In this document: in pieces, positions 8,306 to 17,619 of the stretch
Layout: each line of letters opens with the position of its first letter
Numbering within the stretch: the stretch's first letter is position 1
Assembly: GCA_028707125.1 (NCBI GenBank)
Contig: JAQTUX010000001.1
Span: 1,066,438 to 1,130,437, forward strand
Direction of reading: 5' to 3'
DNA from: Candidatus Omnitrophota bacterium
GTDB lineage: Bacteria > Omnitrophota > Gorgyraeia > Gygaellales > JAQTUX01
Length of the DNA: 64,000 nt
Made by a program: the position numbers and the translations under genes
The notes under the pieces: generated by a model
Databases searched by the model: none
What the model saw: the letters and a program-made list of their open reading frames with translations, nothing else
What the model was told of the DNA's origin: nothing

Positions 8306-10180
8306 CTACTTGACCTGTTTAGTTGAAGCCGACCGTATCAGCCGACAGACCACCGCCTTTTCTTTCTTTCTCAGGCCGGTAAACTCGACGCCTACCATAT
8401 TATTCCTTACCCATGCCACCCTTACGGGCAAATAAAGATATTCCTTTGACCCGGGCGCTTTCAGGCCTATCTTAAGCTGCTTCTTCATTCCAAGATCAAA
8501 AGCGCTTCTGCCGGCCAGGCGCAGCCCGCCTTCGGATATGTCTACCGTGTAAGCCGAGACCCTGTCCTCATAGGGGATGATCTTTATACTGGACCTGTAA
8601 TTAAACCTCTTGAATTTCCTTACCTCAAGGCCCAGGCGCATGCTCATAATGTGTAAACATGAGATCTGCCTGACAGCAGGGCTGTCTGTATCTGAAGGAG
8701 TTGAGATCTGTATGTTTATAAAAAAGTTCTTAAGCCGGTATGACTCTAATAACCGCTTGATCTCCAGATTAAGCAAAGTATGCATGCCGCTTATTTTCGC
8801 CTCGGTCGCCTGGGGCGCTATAATGCTGAATTCAGCTCCGGGGCCTTCGTGGCTGAACACCGGGCATTGCAATTTGCCCAAAACAGCGTCAAGTTTCCGC
8901 GTGAACTCCCGGGAGGGGGCCTTTATCCTTTTCAGGAATTTACCGTAGTTAACTATGGCCAGGTGGATCAGATAAAACTGCTCGTTTTTTTCCAGCAAGC
9001 CGTTTATGTTCTCCCTCATTTGTCCAGGGAGCGGGCTTGCGCTGTAAAACAGCGGTAGCGTAAAATAGAACTTACTGCCTACGCCTAACCGGGATTCTAT
9101 CTCTATTTCTCCCCCGTGCCTCTGCACCAGTTCCTTTACTATATAAAGCCCCAGCCCTACGCCTTTTTTCTCTGAGGCAGGTGTCCGGGATACCTGCACG
9201 AACTTCGCGCACAGCCGGGGTATATCCTGCTCGGCAATGCCTACACCCGTATCCAGCACCCCTACTCTGACCCTTGCCTGCAGCAGTTCCACCTCTACGC
9301 TTACCCTCCCCCCTTCTTCCGTGAACTTTATCGCGTTGTTAATAAGGTTGGATAGGGCCTGGTTGACCCTTTCGGCGTCAATAAACAGGTTTATCTGCCC
9401 GGCAGGGATGTTATAACGCAGGGTTATCTTTTTCTGCCGCGCTAATTTCCGGAAATGCGCCGAACTATCATTGATTATGCCGCATAGATCAGCCAGCGAA
9501 TAATGCAGGGAAAACGCCCCTCTTTCAATCCTGGAGATATCAAGCAGCTCGCTTATGATCTTGTTCAACCGCTCTATATTATTCCTGCCGGTAGTAAGGA
9601 TATCCCTCTGCTTATCGTTGAGTATGCCCCCGACATTATCCAGGATAAGCATTACCGATTCCTTGATGATCGCTAAGGGTGTCCTGAGCTCATGAGAAAC
9701 GGCGGAGACAAATTCCGATTTCATCCTGTTCATTTCCTCTAACGACTCAAGGCGCTTCTCAATCTGTTCCTTCTCTTTCTGCAGGCGTTCCAGGTGGAAA
9801 CGCCGAGTTATATCCCTGGTGATACCCATAAGGCCGATGATATTGCCTTTCTCGTCATGCCTGGGTATCTTGGTGGTGGAGACATAATTGTCAATGCCGT
9901 CAGGCCTCGTTGACCTCTCGATCTTGTCAATGATGGGCTTGCCTGTGCTCATCACATATTCATCGTCCCTGGCCATTATCTCGGCGCGTTCCTTCGGGAA
10001 AAAATCAAAGTCGGTCTTGCCGGCGACTTCATCCGGCTTAAGCCCCAGGCCCTTGGCGTGGGCTTCGTTCACCAGGATAAGCCGCCCCTTTCTGTCTTTA
10101 ATATAGACGACGTCGGGAATATGATTTATAAGTTCCAAAAGGATGCTCTCGTGATACCTGTCGGTTTTCGCCTTCATCAA
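8306..10180 (-). CDS. PAS sensor histidine kinase with C-terminal PilZ domain
   Basis: PAS region, HisKA H-box SHELRTPL, HATPase_c G-boxes (DTGVGI, GVGLGL). At the C-terminus, RFNYR...VDISEGGLRL gives the PilZ RxxxR and DxSxxG motifs. Confidence 0.7.
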   Translation of the reverse strand: MMKAKTDRYHESILLELINHIPDVVYIKDRKGRLILVNEAHAKGLGLKPDEVAGKTDFDFFPKERAEIMARDDEYVMSTGKPIIDKIERSTRPDGIDNYVSTTKIPRHDEKGNIIGLMGITRDITRRFHLERLQKEKEQIEKRLESLEEMNRMKSEFVSAVSHELRTPLAIIKESVMLILDNVGGILNDKQRDILTTGRNNIERLNKIISELLDISRIERGAFSLHYSLADLCGIINDSSAHFRKLARQKKITLRYNIPAGQINLFIDAERVNQALSNLINNAIKFTEEGGRVSVEVELLQARVRVGVLDTGVGIAEQDIPRLCAKFVQVSRTPASEKKGVGLGLYIVKELVQRHGGEIEIESRLGVGSKFYFTLPLFYSASPLPGQMRENINGLLEKNEQFYLIHLAIVNYGKFLKRIKAPSREFTRKLDAVLGKLQCPVFSHEGPGAEFSIIAPQATEAKISGMHTLLNLEIKRLLESYRLKNFFINIQISTPSDTDSPAVRQISCLHIMSMRLGLEVRKFKRFNYRSSIKIIPYEDRVSAYTVDISEGGLRLAGRSAFDLGMKKQLKIGLKAPGSKEYLYLPVRVAWVRNNMVGVEFTGLRKKEKAVVCRLIRSASTKQVK

Positions 10181-10938
10181 TGCCTCCCGGAAAATGATAT
10201 TATCAAAACCGCGCAGGACAACGCCAGGCAGTAGTAGGCAAATAAATGCAATTTCGCCTTATTGAGCATGAGCGCAAGCGCCTTTAACGCCAATAAGCCG
10301 CTGAAGAAAGCGGCGATAATACCCAAATACATGGCAGGAGACAGTGTTAAGGCGTCTGTCCCTGCCTCAAGCAGGAACGCGCCGATGACTGCCGGTATGG
10401 ATGCCAGGAATGAATATCTGAATGCTCCCTGCCTGCTGAATCCCAAGAACAGCAATACGCCTATGGTAAGCCCTGAACGCGACAATCCGGGGATGATCGC
10501 AAAGCCCTGCGCTATGCCTAATATCAGAGAGTCCGATATACCTATATCCTTCAGGCCCTTGACGCCATATAGATATTTCTTTAAGCGAAAAAGCACGAGC
10601 GAAGTAAGCAATAACCCGAAAGAAACCCAAACAAGCGAATTAAACAAGGACTCAAAGAACTGCTTGCCCGCGAAGGCTACCAGGCCCGTGGCCAACGTGG
10701 TAACGGCAATATTCCTTGCCGTCTTGATGCTTTTTAAGGCCGCCAGGATATCTTTGAAAAAATAGACCAGTAAGGAAATGACCGTGCCAAGATGCAGCGC
10801 TGCCGCGACCTTCACAATTCCGCTTGTCGCGCCTAATGCCTTCTGGGCAATAACTAAATGGCCGGAACTGCTTACAGGCAGGAATTCCGTCAGGCCCTGC
10901 AATACGCCTAAAAAAATAAATTTAATTGCTTCTACCAT
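10177..10938 (-). CDS. uppP: Undecaprenyl-diphosphate phosphatase
   Basis: LGVLQGLTEFLPVSSSGHL and PGLSRSG are the conserved BacA/UppP motifs. 253 aa, polytopic. Confidence 0.85.
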   Translation of the reverse strand: MVEAIKFIFLGVLQGLTEFLPVSSSGHLVIAQKALGATSGIVKVAAALHLGTVISLLVYFFKDILAALKSIKTARNIAVTTLATGLVAFAGKQFFESLFNSLVWVSFGLLLTSLVLFRLKKYLYGVKGLKDIGISDSLILGIAQGFAIIPGLSRSGLTIGVLLFLGFSRQGAFRYSFLASIPAVIGAFLLEAGTDALTLSPAMYLGIIAAFFSGLLALKALALMLNKAKLHLFAYYCLALSCAVLIISFSGRH

Positions 10939-10958
10939 CTTAGCTTAACCTTTTCCTT

Positions 10959-11123
10959 TCTTACTTCCTGGATTGTAATTCTTTTAGGACTTCGTCAATC
11001 TGAACTGATATCTTTTTCAACATCTGTAAACTCTCCTGCTGCAGCCGCTCCTGGCGGTCATACGCCTCCTTAACGGCGCCGGCGACCTTCATCATATTGC
11101 CCATTTCCTTAAAATCAAACATG
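10959..11123 (-). CDS. Candidate small protein (54 aa, MFDFKEMGNMMKVAGAVKEAYDRQERLQQESLQ...)
   Basis: Below the ORF-track cutoff. Preceded by a G-rich RBS (GGGAGGGGGAGG) and sits between the radical SAM gene and uppP on the same strand. Confidence 0.25.
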
Positions 11124-11134
11124 CCTCCCCCTCC

Positions 11135-12091
11135 CTATTCGGTATTACGCTTTATATTCACACCCGCGAATCTCTGCAAGCCTCCTGATTCCTGCGCCCA
11201 GCCGTTATGCAGGCCGCGCTTCTCCATCGCGCGCCTGGCCTGTTCGTACTCTTCCAGAGCAGGCCTTCTGTTTATTTCAGGGAATTCCTCAGCATTATAA
11301 CAGGGAAAATACTGGCTCATCAAACTAATATAAACATCCTGCGATAATTCCTCTGATATGAACCTGAATATTTCCTCGCTGCCGGCCTGGCCCTGCGGCA
11401 GGACAAGGTGCCTGATGATCATGCCGCGCTGAATAATACCCTCTTCGTCAAATACGCCTACCCCTACTTGACGGAACATCTCCTTTACGGCAGAGCGGTT
11501 GATCAAAGGATAGTCCGGAGCAGAGGAATACTTTAAGGCCGCCTTGTCATCGGCGTATCTCATATCCGGAAGATAGATATCAATGATGCCGTCCAACAAT
11601 TCTATCATCTCGCTGAACTCGTAACCGCTGCTGTTATAGACAAGCGGGATATTCAATCCCTCCTCAATCGCGACTGTTAACGCGGACAAGATCTGCGGCA
11701 GGACATGTGTAGGCGTGACAAAATTTATATTATGGCAGCCCAATTTCTGCAAATATAGCATATATTTGGCTAACTTCCGCGGCTCTGCCTCGCTGCCCCG
11801 CGCTGACTGGCTGAACTCATAATTCTGGCAATAGGCGCATCTTAGATTACAGCCGGAGAAGAATATAGTACCTGACCCGCGGCTTCCGGATATTGCCGGC
11901 TCTTCTCCTCTGTGCGGCATATAACTGAATACACGCGCGTTAAGCCCTGTCCGGCAGAACCCCGTCTCATTCCTGAGACGGTTAACCTTGCATCCGCGCG
12001 GGCATATCCGGCAGCTCTTTAGCAGGGACGCTGCCTGCTTAGCCGCCTTTTTTAACTGCTTGAGGTTGTCCAGGTATGACGGCTGCGCCAT
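11135..12091 (-). CDS. PflX-like radical SAM protein (putative pyruvate-formate-lyase-activating-enzyme family; AmmeMemoRadiSam-type)
   Basis: CRICPRGC N-terminal cysteine cluster plus the radical SAM CNLRCAYCQN (CxxxCxxC). The annotated start overlaps the M48 gene by 53 nt, so the start is uncertain. Confidence 0.6.
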   Translation of the reverse strand: MAQPSYLDNLKQLKKAAKQAASLLKSCRICPRGCKVNRLRNETGFCRTGLNARVFSYMPHRGEEPAISGSRGSGTIFFSGCNLRCAYCQNYEFSQSARGSEAEPRKLAKYMLYLQKLGCHNINFVTPTHVLPQILSALTVAIEEGLNIPLVYNSSGYEFSEMIELLDGIIDIYLPDMRYADDKAALKYSSAPDYPLINRSAVKEMFRQVGVGVFDEEGIIQRGMIIRHLVLPQGQAGSEEIFRFISEELSQDVYISLMSQYFPCYNAEEFPEINRRPALEEYEQARRAMEKRGLHNGWAQESGGLQRFAGVNIKRNTE

Positions 12092-12869
12092 TCGGCCTTT
12101 TCACTTTGTGGATCTCCGCTTTTATATTCTCTATCCTCTCCTCAACAGCAGGGTGCGAACTTAACAAGGTAATGTGGTAGCCGCGGCCATCCTGCTTAAG
12201 GAGCTTATTGAAAAAAGAGATCATCGCCTCGGGCTTATAGCCGGACCTGTAGGCATATCTTACAGACAACTTATCCGCCTCCCTTTCGTCCTGTCTACTG
12301 TAGCCCAGCGTGATCAGGTTCTGCATTATATTTAAGGCGTTACTCAACGCGGCCGCATTTACGTTACGCAACGCGAGCGAGACCAATAGTTGATAACCCA
12401 GGCCGGCCTGCAGCCTTTTAACGGCGTGCTTTGCCGCGACATGTCCCACTTCATGCGCGATCACGCAGGCAAGTTCATCATCCGTCGCCGCTTCCATGAG
12501 CCCGGAGTTGACGTATAAAAACCCCCCGGGCAAGGCAAAGGCATTCAAATCCTTGCTCTCTACTACCTTGAAATGGTAGGACAGGTCTTTCCTGTCCGAT
12601 ACATTCACCACCTTCCTGCCTACTCTCTCCAACCTTCCTGTTACCGCGGCGTCTTTTATCAGTTTCAGTCCAAACGACATCTTCTTATCCAAAACACTCC
12701 CTAAGGCTACTTCTTGCGGAGTGTTGATCAATATCAACTCTTTTCTTTCGGTCGCCGGATTATATACGGTTATGCAACCTGAAAGCAGAATACATAAGAT
12801 AAAAAAACTTTTTAACGCGGATTCTCGCAGATTCAATTTGCGGAAATCCGCGTTAAACATTTTTCTCAC
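12039..12869 (-). CDS. M48-family zinc metalloprotease (BepA/LoiP-like), signal-anchored
   Basis: HEVGHVAAKH zinc motif (HExxH) with a downstream glutamate region, and an N-terminal signal/lipoprotein-like helix. Confidence 0.7.
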   Translation of the reverse strand: MRKMFNADFRKLNLRESALKSFFILCILLSGCITVYNPATERKELILINTPQEVALGSVLDKKMSFGLKLIKDAAVTGRLERVGRKVVNVSDRKDLSYHFKVVESKDLNAFALPGGFLYVNSGLMEAATDDELACVIAHEVGHVAAKHAVKRLQAGLGYQLLVSLALRNVNAAALSNALNIMQNLITLGYSRQDEREADKLSVRYAYRSGYKPEAMISFFNKLLKQDGRGYHITLLSSHPAVEERIENIKAEIHKVKRPNGAAVIPGQPQAVKKGG

Positions 12870-13389
12870 CCTTAATCTGCCCTCTATAAATCTCTCTTAT
12901 CTTATTGAATACATCAATGTATTCTTTACTCCTGTAATCCGGGTATGTCCATTCCATTGGAGAGAAACTATCCTTCTTGTAACAGAGTGTTACCTCCGCG
13001 AAGATGCCCCGCCCGATGTAGATCCTATGGCTGTAATCCTTGGTCGTTGCCAGGACCAACCTTGACATATCAAGGCAGCCGGGATCGATATTGACCTGCC
13101 GCCTGGAATTTATGGCAAACCTTGCTTCCAGCTTATTGGTAAACGCCTTTATCCCGCACAGCCCGCCGGGGTCGATCAATCTCGAAAAGCTGATAAACCG
13201 CCTCTTAAGGCCGCCTCCCATCTCAAGCCGGTAATAATCGGTAAAGTTGAAATCAATAACGCCGCTTTCAAAATCCATAGCGGAGAACCTTTTGCAAAGA
13301 AGCGCTTTCGTTGAAGAAAGCGCTTCTTCCTGAGAAAAAATTATACCGCAAACCAACTTGACTTTAGGGATTAGGGCAGGTTTCCCCAT
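12853..13389 (-). CDS. DUF4416 family protein
   Basis: 178 aa; the sequence pattern (KVKLVCGIIF...DFNFTDYY) resembles DUF4416. Confidence 0.45.
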   Translation of the reverse strand: MGKPALIPKVKLVCGIIFSQEEALSSTKALLCKRFSAMDFESGVIDFNFTDYYRLEMGGGLKRRFISFSRLIDPGGLCGIKAFTNKLEARFAINSRRQVNIDPGCLDMSRLVLATTKDYSHRIYIGRGIFAEVTLCYKKDSFSPMEWTYPDYRSKEYIDVFNKIREIYRGQIKGEKNV

Positions 13390-13409
13390 TTGATCCGAGG
13401 ACTCCCGGG

Positions 13410-13805
13410 CTAAGTATAGAAAGTAAGATGCGGGGTGGCCTCTACTGTTGTATCATTTAAGTGCCCTGCGACATACCTGGCTATCTTCTGGGTATCCGGT
13501 CCGGATATTTCATTAAAGAAGACGGCTATATTGTAGCCGCCCCTTCTGCTCTCTTCGGTCCTGACAACCACACCCTGACAGCGCACCTTTTTCGTTACCG
13601 TCCTGTTCTTTTCCTTTATCGGCAAAAGGATCATAATGTTCAATTTAGTCATCGGCTCTATATACTTATCCACATGGCAATAAGCGCCTGACTGGCTTAT
13701 ATTGATCGTCTCGGTGACGGAATCAAAATCCCTGCCCTTGATTTTAAGCGCCAGCTGCTTGTCTATACGCGGATGCCTGCGCCGCTCTATAGAATCGCGT
13801 TTCAT
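13410..13805 (-). CDS. PilZ domain protein (c-di-GMP receptor)
   Basis: RRRHPR (RxxxR) and NISQSG (D/NxSxxG) motifs. Confidence 0.6.
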   Translation of the reverse strand: MKRDSIERRRHPRIDKQLALKIKGRDFDSVTETINISQSGAYCHVDKYIEPMTKLNIMILLPIKEKNRTVTKKVRCQGVVVRTEESRRGGYNIAVFFNEISGPDTQKIARYVAGHLNDTTVEATPHLTFYT

Positions 13806-14041
13806 TTCTTCTCTTCCTGCTTGTCTTCAGCCGGCTGGGGCTGAGGCGCTGCCGCTTCCTTTTCCTTTGCCTCTTCCTTCTGCTTGGCCTTAAAGCTTTT
13901 ATAGCACTTCCTTGAACAATAATAAATGCCGTCTTTATAATACCTTCTCACTTTTTTCAGCGGCTTGTTGCATGATTTACAGTTCTTTTGGGCCTCCTTA
14001 ACCTCTTCAACCACGCTGTTTTCTCCTTTTTTAATGAGCAC
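13802..14041 (-). CDS. Small zinc-ribbon protein with Lys/Glu-rich tail
   Basis: CKSCNKP...YYCSRKCY gives CxxC...CxxxC. Its stop overlaps the PilZ start. Confidence 0.4.
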   Translation of the reverse strand: MLIKKGENSVVEEVKEAQKNCKSCNKPLKKVRRYYKDGIYYCSRKCYKSFKAKQKEEAKEKEAAAPQPQPAEDKQEEKK

Positions 14042-14200
14042 ACGACTTACGGAGTAGTCGCTACGCTCCTAACGACGTAAGTCGTTGTGCGAATTAAACC
14101 CTTGACATCTTGGATGCGTCATCCGTGATGTCAAGGGTCAAGTTCAGTCACAAACTTATGTTCGCTGTCGCTCCATAAGTTTGGACTTCACTTGACCTTT
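14042..14200 (-). other. Cluster of three stable hairpins in a 160-nt intergenic spacer (terminator stack or structured RNA)
   Basis: Hairpin 1: 14042-14051 pairs 14076-14085 (10 bp). Hairpin 2: CCCTTGACATC..GGATGcgtCATCC..GATGTCAAGGG (11 + 5 bp). Hairpin 3: CAAACTTATG-13nt-CATAAGTTTG (10 bp). Confidence 0.45.
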
Positions 14201-14536
14201 CTAGCTGTTTAGCAGTATAAATTCCCTCAAATTCGATCTTTCTTTAACGTTCATGCCTATAAACTGTATACCGGAGTTATACCTGTCGGCATGGGGCAAA
14301 CGCTGCGACCAGACCACTTGCCCGGAGGCGTATATGATCTCACTATTCAGATTAAGCTCCAAACATATTGGAGTGCAAGGCGTTAGGTAATTTTCAAATG
14401 CCGCCCTCACGCCTCCTTCGCTTATGTCAAGGGTGGTGCTTTTACCGTGAGAAGAACAATTGCTTATCTTGTAGCTTATAGCCACCTTTGAGGGGATACG
14501 CGTCCATCTCCTTTTCTCAATAAGTGAACTATCCAT
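14201..14536 (-). CDS. PilZ domain protein
   Basis: EKRRWTRIP (RxxxR) and LDISEGGVRA (DxSxxG). Confidence 0.6.
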   Translation of the reverse strand: MDSSLIEKRRWTRIPSKVAISYKISNCSSHGKSTTLDISEGGVRAAFENYLTPCTPICLELNLNSEIIYASGQVVWSQRLPHADRYNSGIQFIGMNVKERSNLREFILLNS

Positions 14537-14601
14537 TATAGAGTGAGTTTAACACAGAGTTATCAAGGTGTCAATACCTTATCGCGCGCGGTAGTGGGCG
14601 T

Positions 14602-15087
14602 TTATTCTTTTTGCTCAGTCGCCTCTTGCAGCCTGTCCATAAATTCCTTGACGGTATGCGTGCGGCTGATAATCTTCTGCGCGACATCAGGAGGAATAGG
14701 ATGCGGGCCCATGGGGTCGAGGGCATCGCCCACAATCATATTTATAATATGTATATCATTGCCGATATAGTGCATAAACATATCCCCGACCATAGGGTGC
14801 ATCGGGATCTTTTCCTTGAAGTCCGGGAAGTGTGGATCCTTATCCGAAGCCGAGACTATCTTGCTCACGACCGCCTTTATATTCTTGGTATAAGACAGGA
14901 TTTTCTCCGCTTCCTTCATGGGTATTTTCTTATTATCTTTAAGATAGTATTGACAGAGCAGGTTTATGGCGGTTATATCGTCCCCTATGCGGTTATAGAA
15001 CAAATCCCAGATTTCATGGTCAATGGTGATTTTTTCTCTTTCTATCCGTTCGTAACACTCTTTTTCGTTGGGCATTGGATTGGCCAT
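14602..15087 (-). CDS. Hypothetical protein co-transcribed with response regulator and histidine kinase
   Basis: 161-aa ORF, His-rich (HPMVGDMFMHYIGNDIH), with no confident family assignment. Confidence 0.4.
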   Translation of the reverse strand: MANPMPNEKECYERIEREKITIDHEIWDLFYNRIGDDITAINLLCQYYLKDNKKIPMKEAEKILSYTKNIKAVVSKIVSASDKDPHFPDFKEKIPMHPMVGDMFMHYIGNDIHIINMIVGDALDPMGPHPIPPDVAQKIISRTHTVKEFMDRLQEATEQKE

Positions 15088-15099
15088 ATATCACCCCTT

Positions 15100-15489
15100 T
15101 TAAAGTTTGTGCTTTTCCCGCGCCTCATTGATTACCCTGTCTATATCTTCTATGTCCAGCGGCTTCAGGAGATAGGCAAACGCGCCTAATTGTTTGGACG
15201 CATCCACTTTATCCCTCTCGGTTATGCGGGTTACCATAATGCAAATGGCATTGTTATCTATCTTCTTTATCCTTTTCAATGTTTCGACTCCGTCAATGGG
15301 AGATAAAGGCATATGCACGTCAATCAGGGTGATCTCCGGCCTTTCTTTCTCGAAGATCTCCACCCCTTTTAGTCCGTCGACTGCCCCGAATACGGCATAT
15401 CCCCTCTTCTTATAAATCTTCTGAGTGTAATCGACTATGCCTTCTTCATCGTCGATTACCAGGAATTTTAAGGATTTCTGTTTATTCAT
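15100..15489 (-). CDS. Stand-alone response-regulator receiver (CheY-like)
   Basis: LVIDDEEG...ITLIDVHMP (phospho-Asp) ...KPLD, a classic REC domain, with no output domain. Confidence 0.75.
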   Translation of the reverse strand: MNKQKSLKFLVIDDEEGIVDYTQKIYKKRGYAVFGAVDGLKGVEIFEKERPEITLIDVHMPLSPIDGVETLKRIKKIDNNAICIMVTRITERDKVDASKQLGAFAYLLKPLDIEDIDRVINEAREKHKL

Positions 15490-15501
15490 AGCTCCCCCTT
15501 T

Positions 15502-17619
15502 TTAGAATAACCTCTTGCCTTTTGACTTTTCTTCGCGCAAGCCCGTCTGCTTCAGTTCCTCATCGGTAATATCTTTGGCAACCGGCAATTCTATAAACAA
15601 TGCTGCCCCCTTGTTCTCTCCTTCTGACTCTGCCCAAATTCTGCCCTTATGCCGGTCTATTATCTTCTTTGCGTTATACAGACCCATGCCCGTGCCTTCT
15701 GTCGAGGCCTTTGTAGTAGTAAAGGATGAGAAAATTATGGGTAATATGTGTTTCTTAATGCCGTAGCCGGTATCCAAAAAGGATATTTTTATTGTATCAC
15801 GGTCGGCTAATTCTGCCCTGATATTAATCGTTTTCTCTTTGGCGTATTTCATCGCATGCATCGCGTTATTGGCAAATATCACCAATACCTGCATAAGTTC
15901 TGCCTTCTCTCCGCGCACGTAAGGCAGGTCATCCGTTATATCCTGCGTAAGGCGGATATTCTCAACCTTCAACTGCGGGGCCATAAGATACTGGAAGCTG
16001 GTTATCACGTCTTCTATCTTTAGGGGAGCGAGTTTCCCGGTTGAGACCTGGCCGAATTCCCTTATAGCCTTAACCATCTTTGACACGCGCTCTGCCGCCT
16101 CCTTCATAAGATACAGGGACCTGCCCATCTCTTCCCTTTCCTCTTTAGGCAGCCGGCCCTCCTCCATCAGGGAATCCTCCATAAATGCCACATGCCCCCT
16201 TATGACCTGCATAGGATTGTCTATCTCATGGGCCAAGGAATACGAGTAGGTATCCATTTCTTGAAGCCGCGCCTTGCGCTGCCTGTCCTCTATTTCCCTC
16301 CAGAAGATACAGTTCTCAATGGCCAAAGACATTGAATAGGAAAGCGTCTCAAACACGAGCATATCATCGGTAGTATACATCTGGCCTCTGTGTTTTGGGC
16401 CCAGCACAAGGAAGCCCAATAAATTGTCTTCCATAAAACAGGGAATCAGCAGGCCGAAATTAAGGGAAAGGTCCTCCACAGCGCCTATTTCTTCCTGCAG
16501 CAGCGGCCTCTTCTGCCTGCCAAGCTCACCCACCAGGCCTGAATCCACGGATACGAATTCCTTCAATCCCAGCCCTTCGCCTCCGCGATGGCAGCACTTG
16601 AGATGATAGCTGTTATGCAGCTCATCTTTCAGATATACAGCAGCGTAGGGGATCTTAACGGTATCCACAACGGTTGAAACAATGGTATTAAGCAATTTAT
16701 CCAGGTCCCTGATTCTGGTCATTGTCTCAGAGAGTTTGCGAAGGGCGTTTTGATACTTCCTCTGTTCTTTTAAGATAGCGTTTTCCGCCCGCCGGCGCAG
16801 GTAGGCGTAGATAAACGGGCCGGAGGTAGCAAGCAAAACTGCCAAAGTGGTAGAGAATAGCCATGACTTTGTAGTATATCCAAGCCAGAAAGGAACTCCC
16901 AAGACTAAAGCATAGACAATAGCAAATATACTGGCGCGGGTAACAATAATACGCACATCAAGAAAGCGATAGCGAATAATAGAATAGGTAGCAATAATAC
17001 AATATGCTGAGATAGCAAAATTACTATAAGGATAGATTCTAGACCCAAAAGCCGGCAAGAAATTTATTGCTCCACCGATAAATCCGATTGCTGTTGAAAG
17101 TAATAAATAAAGAAGCTGATTTCTTTTAATTCCGCGAGACTGTCGATATGATTTGAAAAGATTGTAGTAAGCATAACCTAATATTAACATCCAGGTTAAA
17201 TAAAGAAGCGGATACGCTGATCCTGTGGCAACCGGGTAATAAAAAGATCTGAACATAAATTCCAATTTGGTAAAAAATCCGGCAATGGTAGCGGCCGCTG
17301 CCAGCAAACATAATACATACGCAGCAATAAGAATGTTTTTAGAGCGAAGTCCGCATAAAACATAAACAACATGGAAGAATAAAACAGAAGTAAATATAAC
17401 TCCTGCCAGACCAAACTTAAAGAAAGTTACCGCTAACGCTTCTGTCCTCGTCTGGGTTACTAAAAATCCTCCTATTCCCCATATAAGGACTGCGGTATTA
17501 AACAAAATCCACAACCAATGAAGAAATGATCTCTTGCTATAAATCAAAACAATAGCAATCACACCAACACAGGCAACAATGAGTAATAAACAGGATATCG
17601 AAAAAGGATTGAATATCAT
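15502..17619 (-). CDS. Sensor histidine kinase with N-terminal 7TM (7TMR-DISM-like) region and GAF domain
   Basis: ~7 hydrophobic helices, a GAF-like middle, H-box LAHEIDNPMQ, and HATPase_c motifs (DTGYGI, GTGMGL). Confidence 0.75.
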   Translation of the reverse strand: MIFNPFSISCLLLIVACVGVIAIVLIYSKRSFLHWLWILFNTAVLIWGIGGFLVTQTRTEALAVTFFKFGLAGVIFTSVLFFHVVYVLCGLRSKNILIAAYVLCLLAAAATIAGFFTKLEFMFRSFYYPVATGSAYPLLYLTWMLILGYAYYNLFKSYRQSRGIKRNQLLYLLLSTAIGFIGGAINFLPAFGSRIYPYSNFAISAYCIIATYSIIRYRFLDVRIIVTRASIFAIVYALVLGVPFWLGYTTKSWLFSTTLAVLLATSGPFIYAYLRRRAENAILKEQRKYQNALRKLSETMTRIRDLDKLLNTIVSTVVDTVKIPYAAVYLKDELHNSYHLKCCHRGGEGLGLKEFVSVDSGLVGELGRQKRPLLQEEIGAVEDLSLNFGLLIPCFMEDNLLGFLVLGPKHRGQMYTTDDMLVFETLSYSMSLAIENCIFWREIEDRQRKARLQEMDTYSYSLAHEIDNPMQVIRGHVAFMEDSLMEEGRLPKEEREEMGRSLYLMKEAAERVSKMVKAIREFGQVSTGKLAPLKIEDVITSFQYLMAPQLKVENIRLTQDITDDLPYVRGEKAELMQVLVIFANNAMHAMKYAKEKTINIRAELADRDTIKISFLDTGYGIKKHILPIIFSSFTTTKASTEGTGMGLYNAKKIIDRHKGRIWAESEGENKGAALFIELPVAKDITDEELKQTGLREEKSKGKRLF

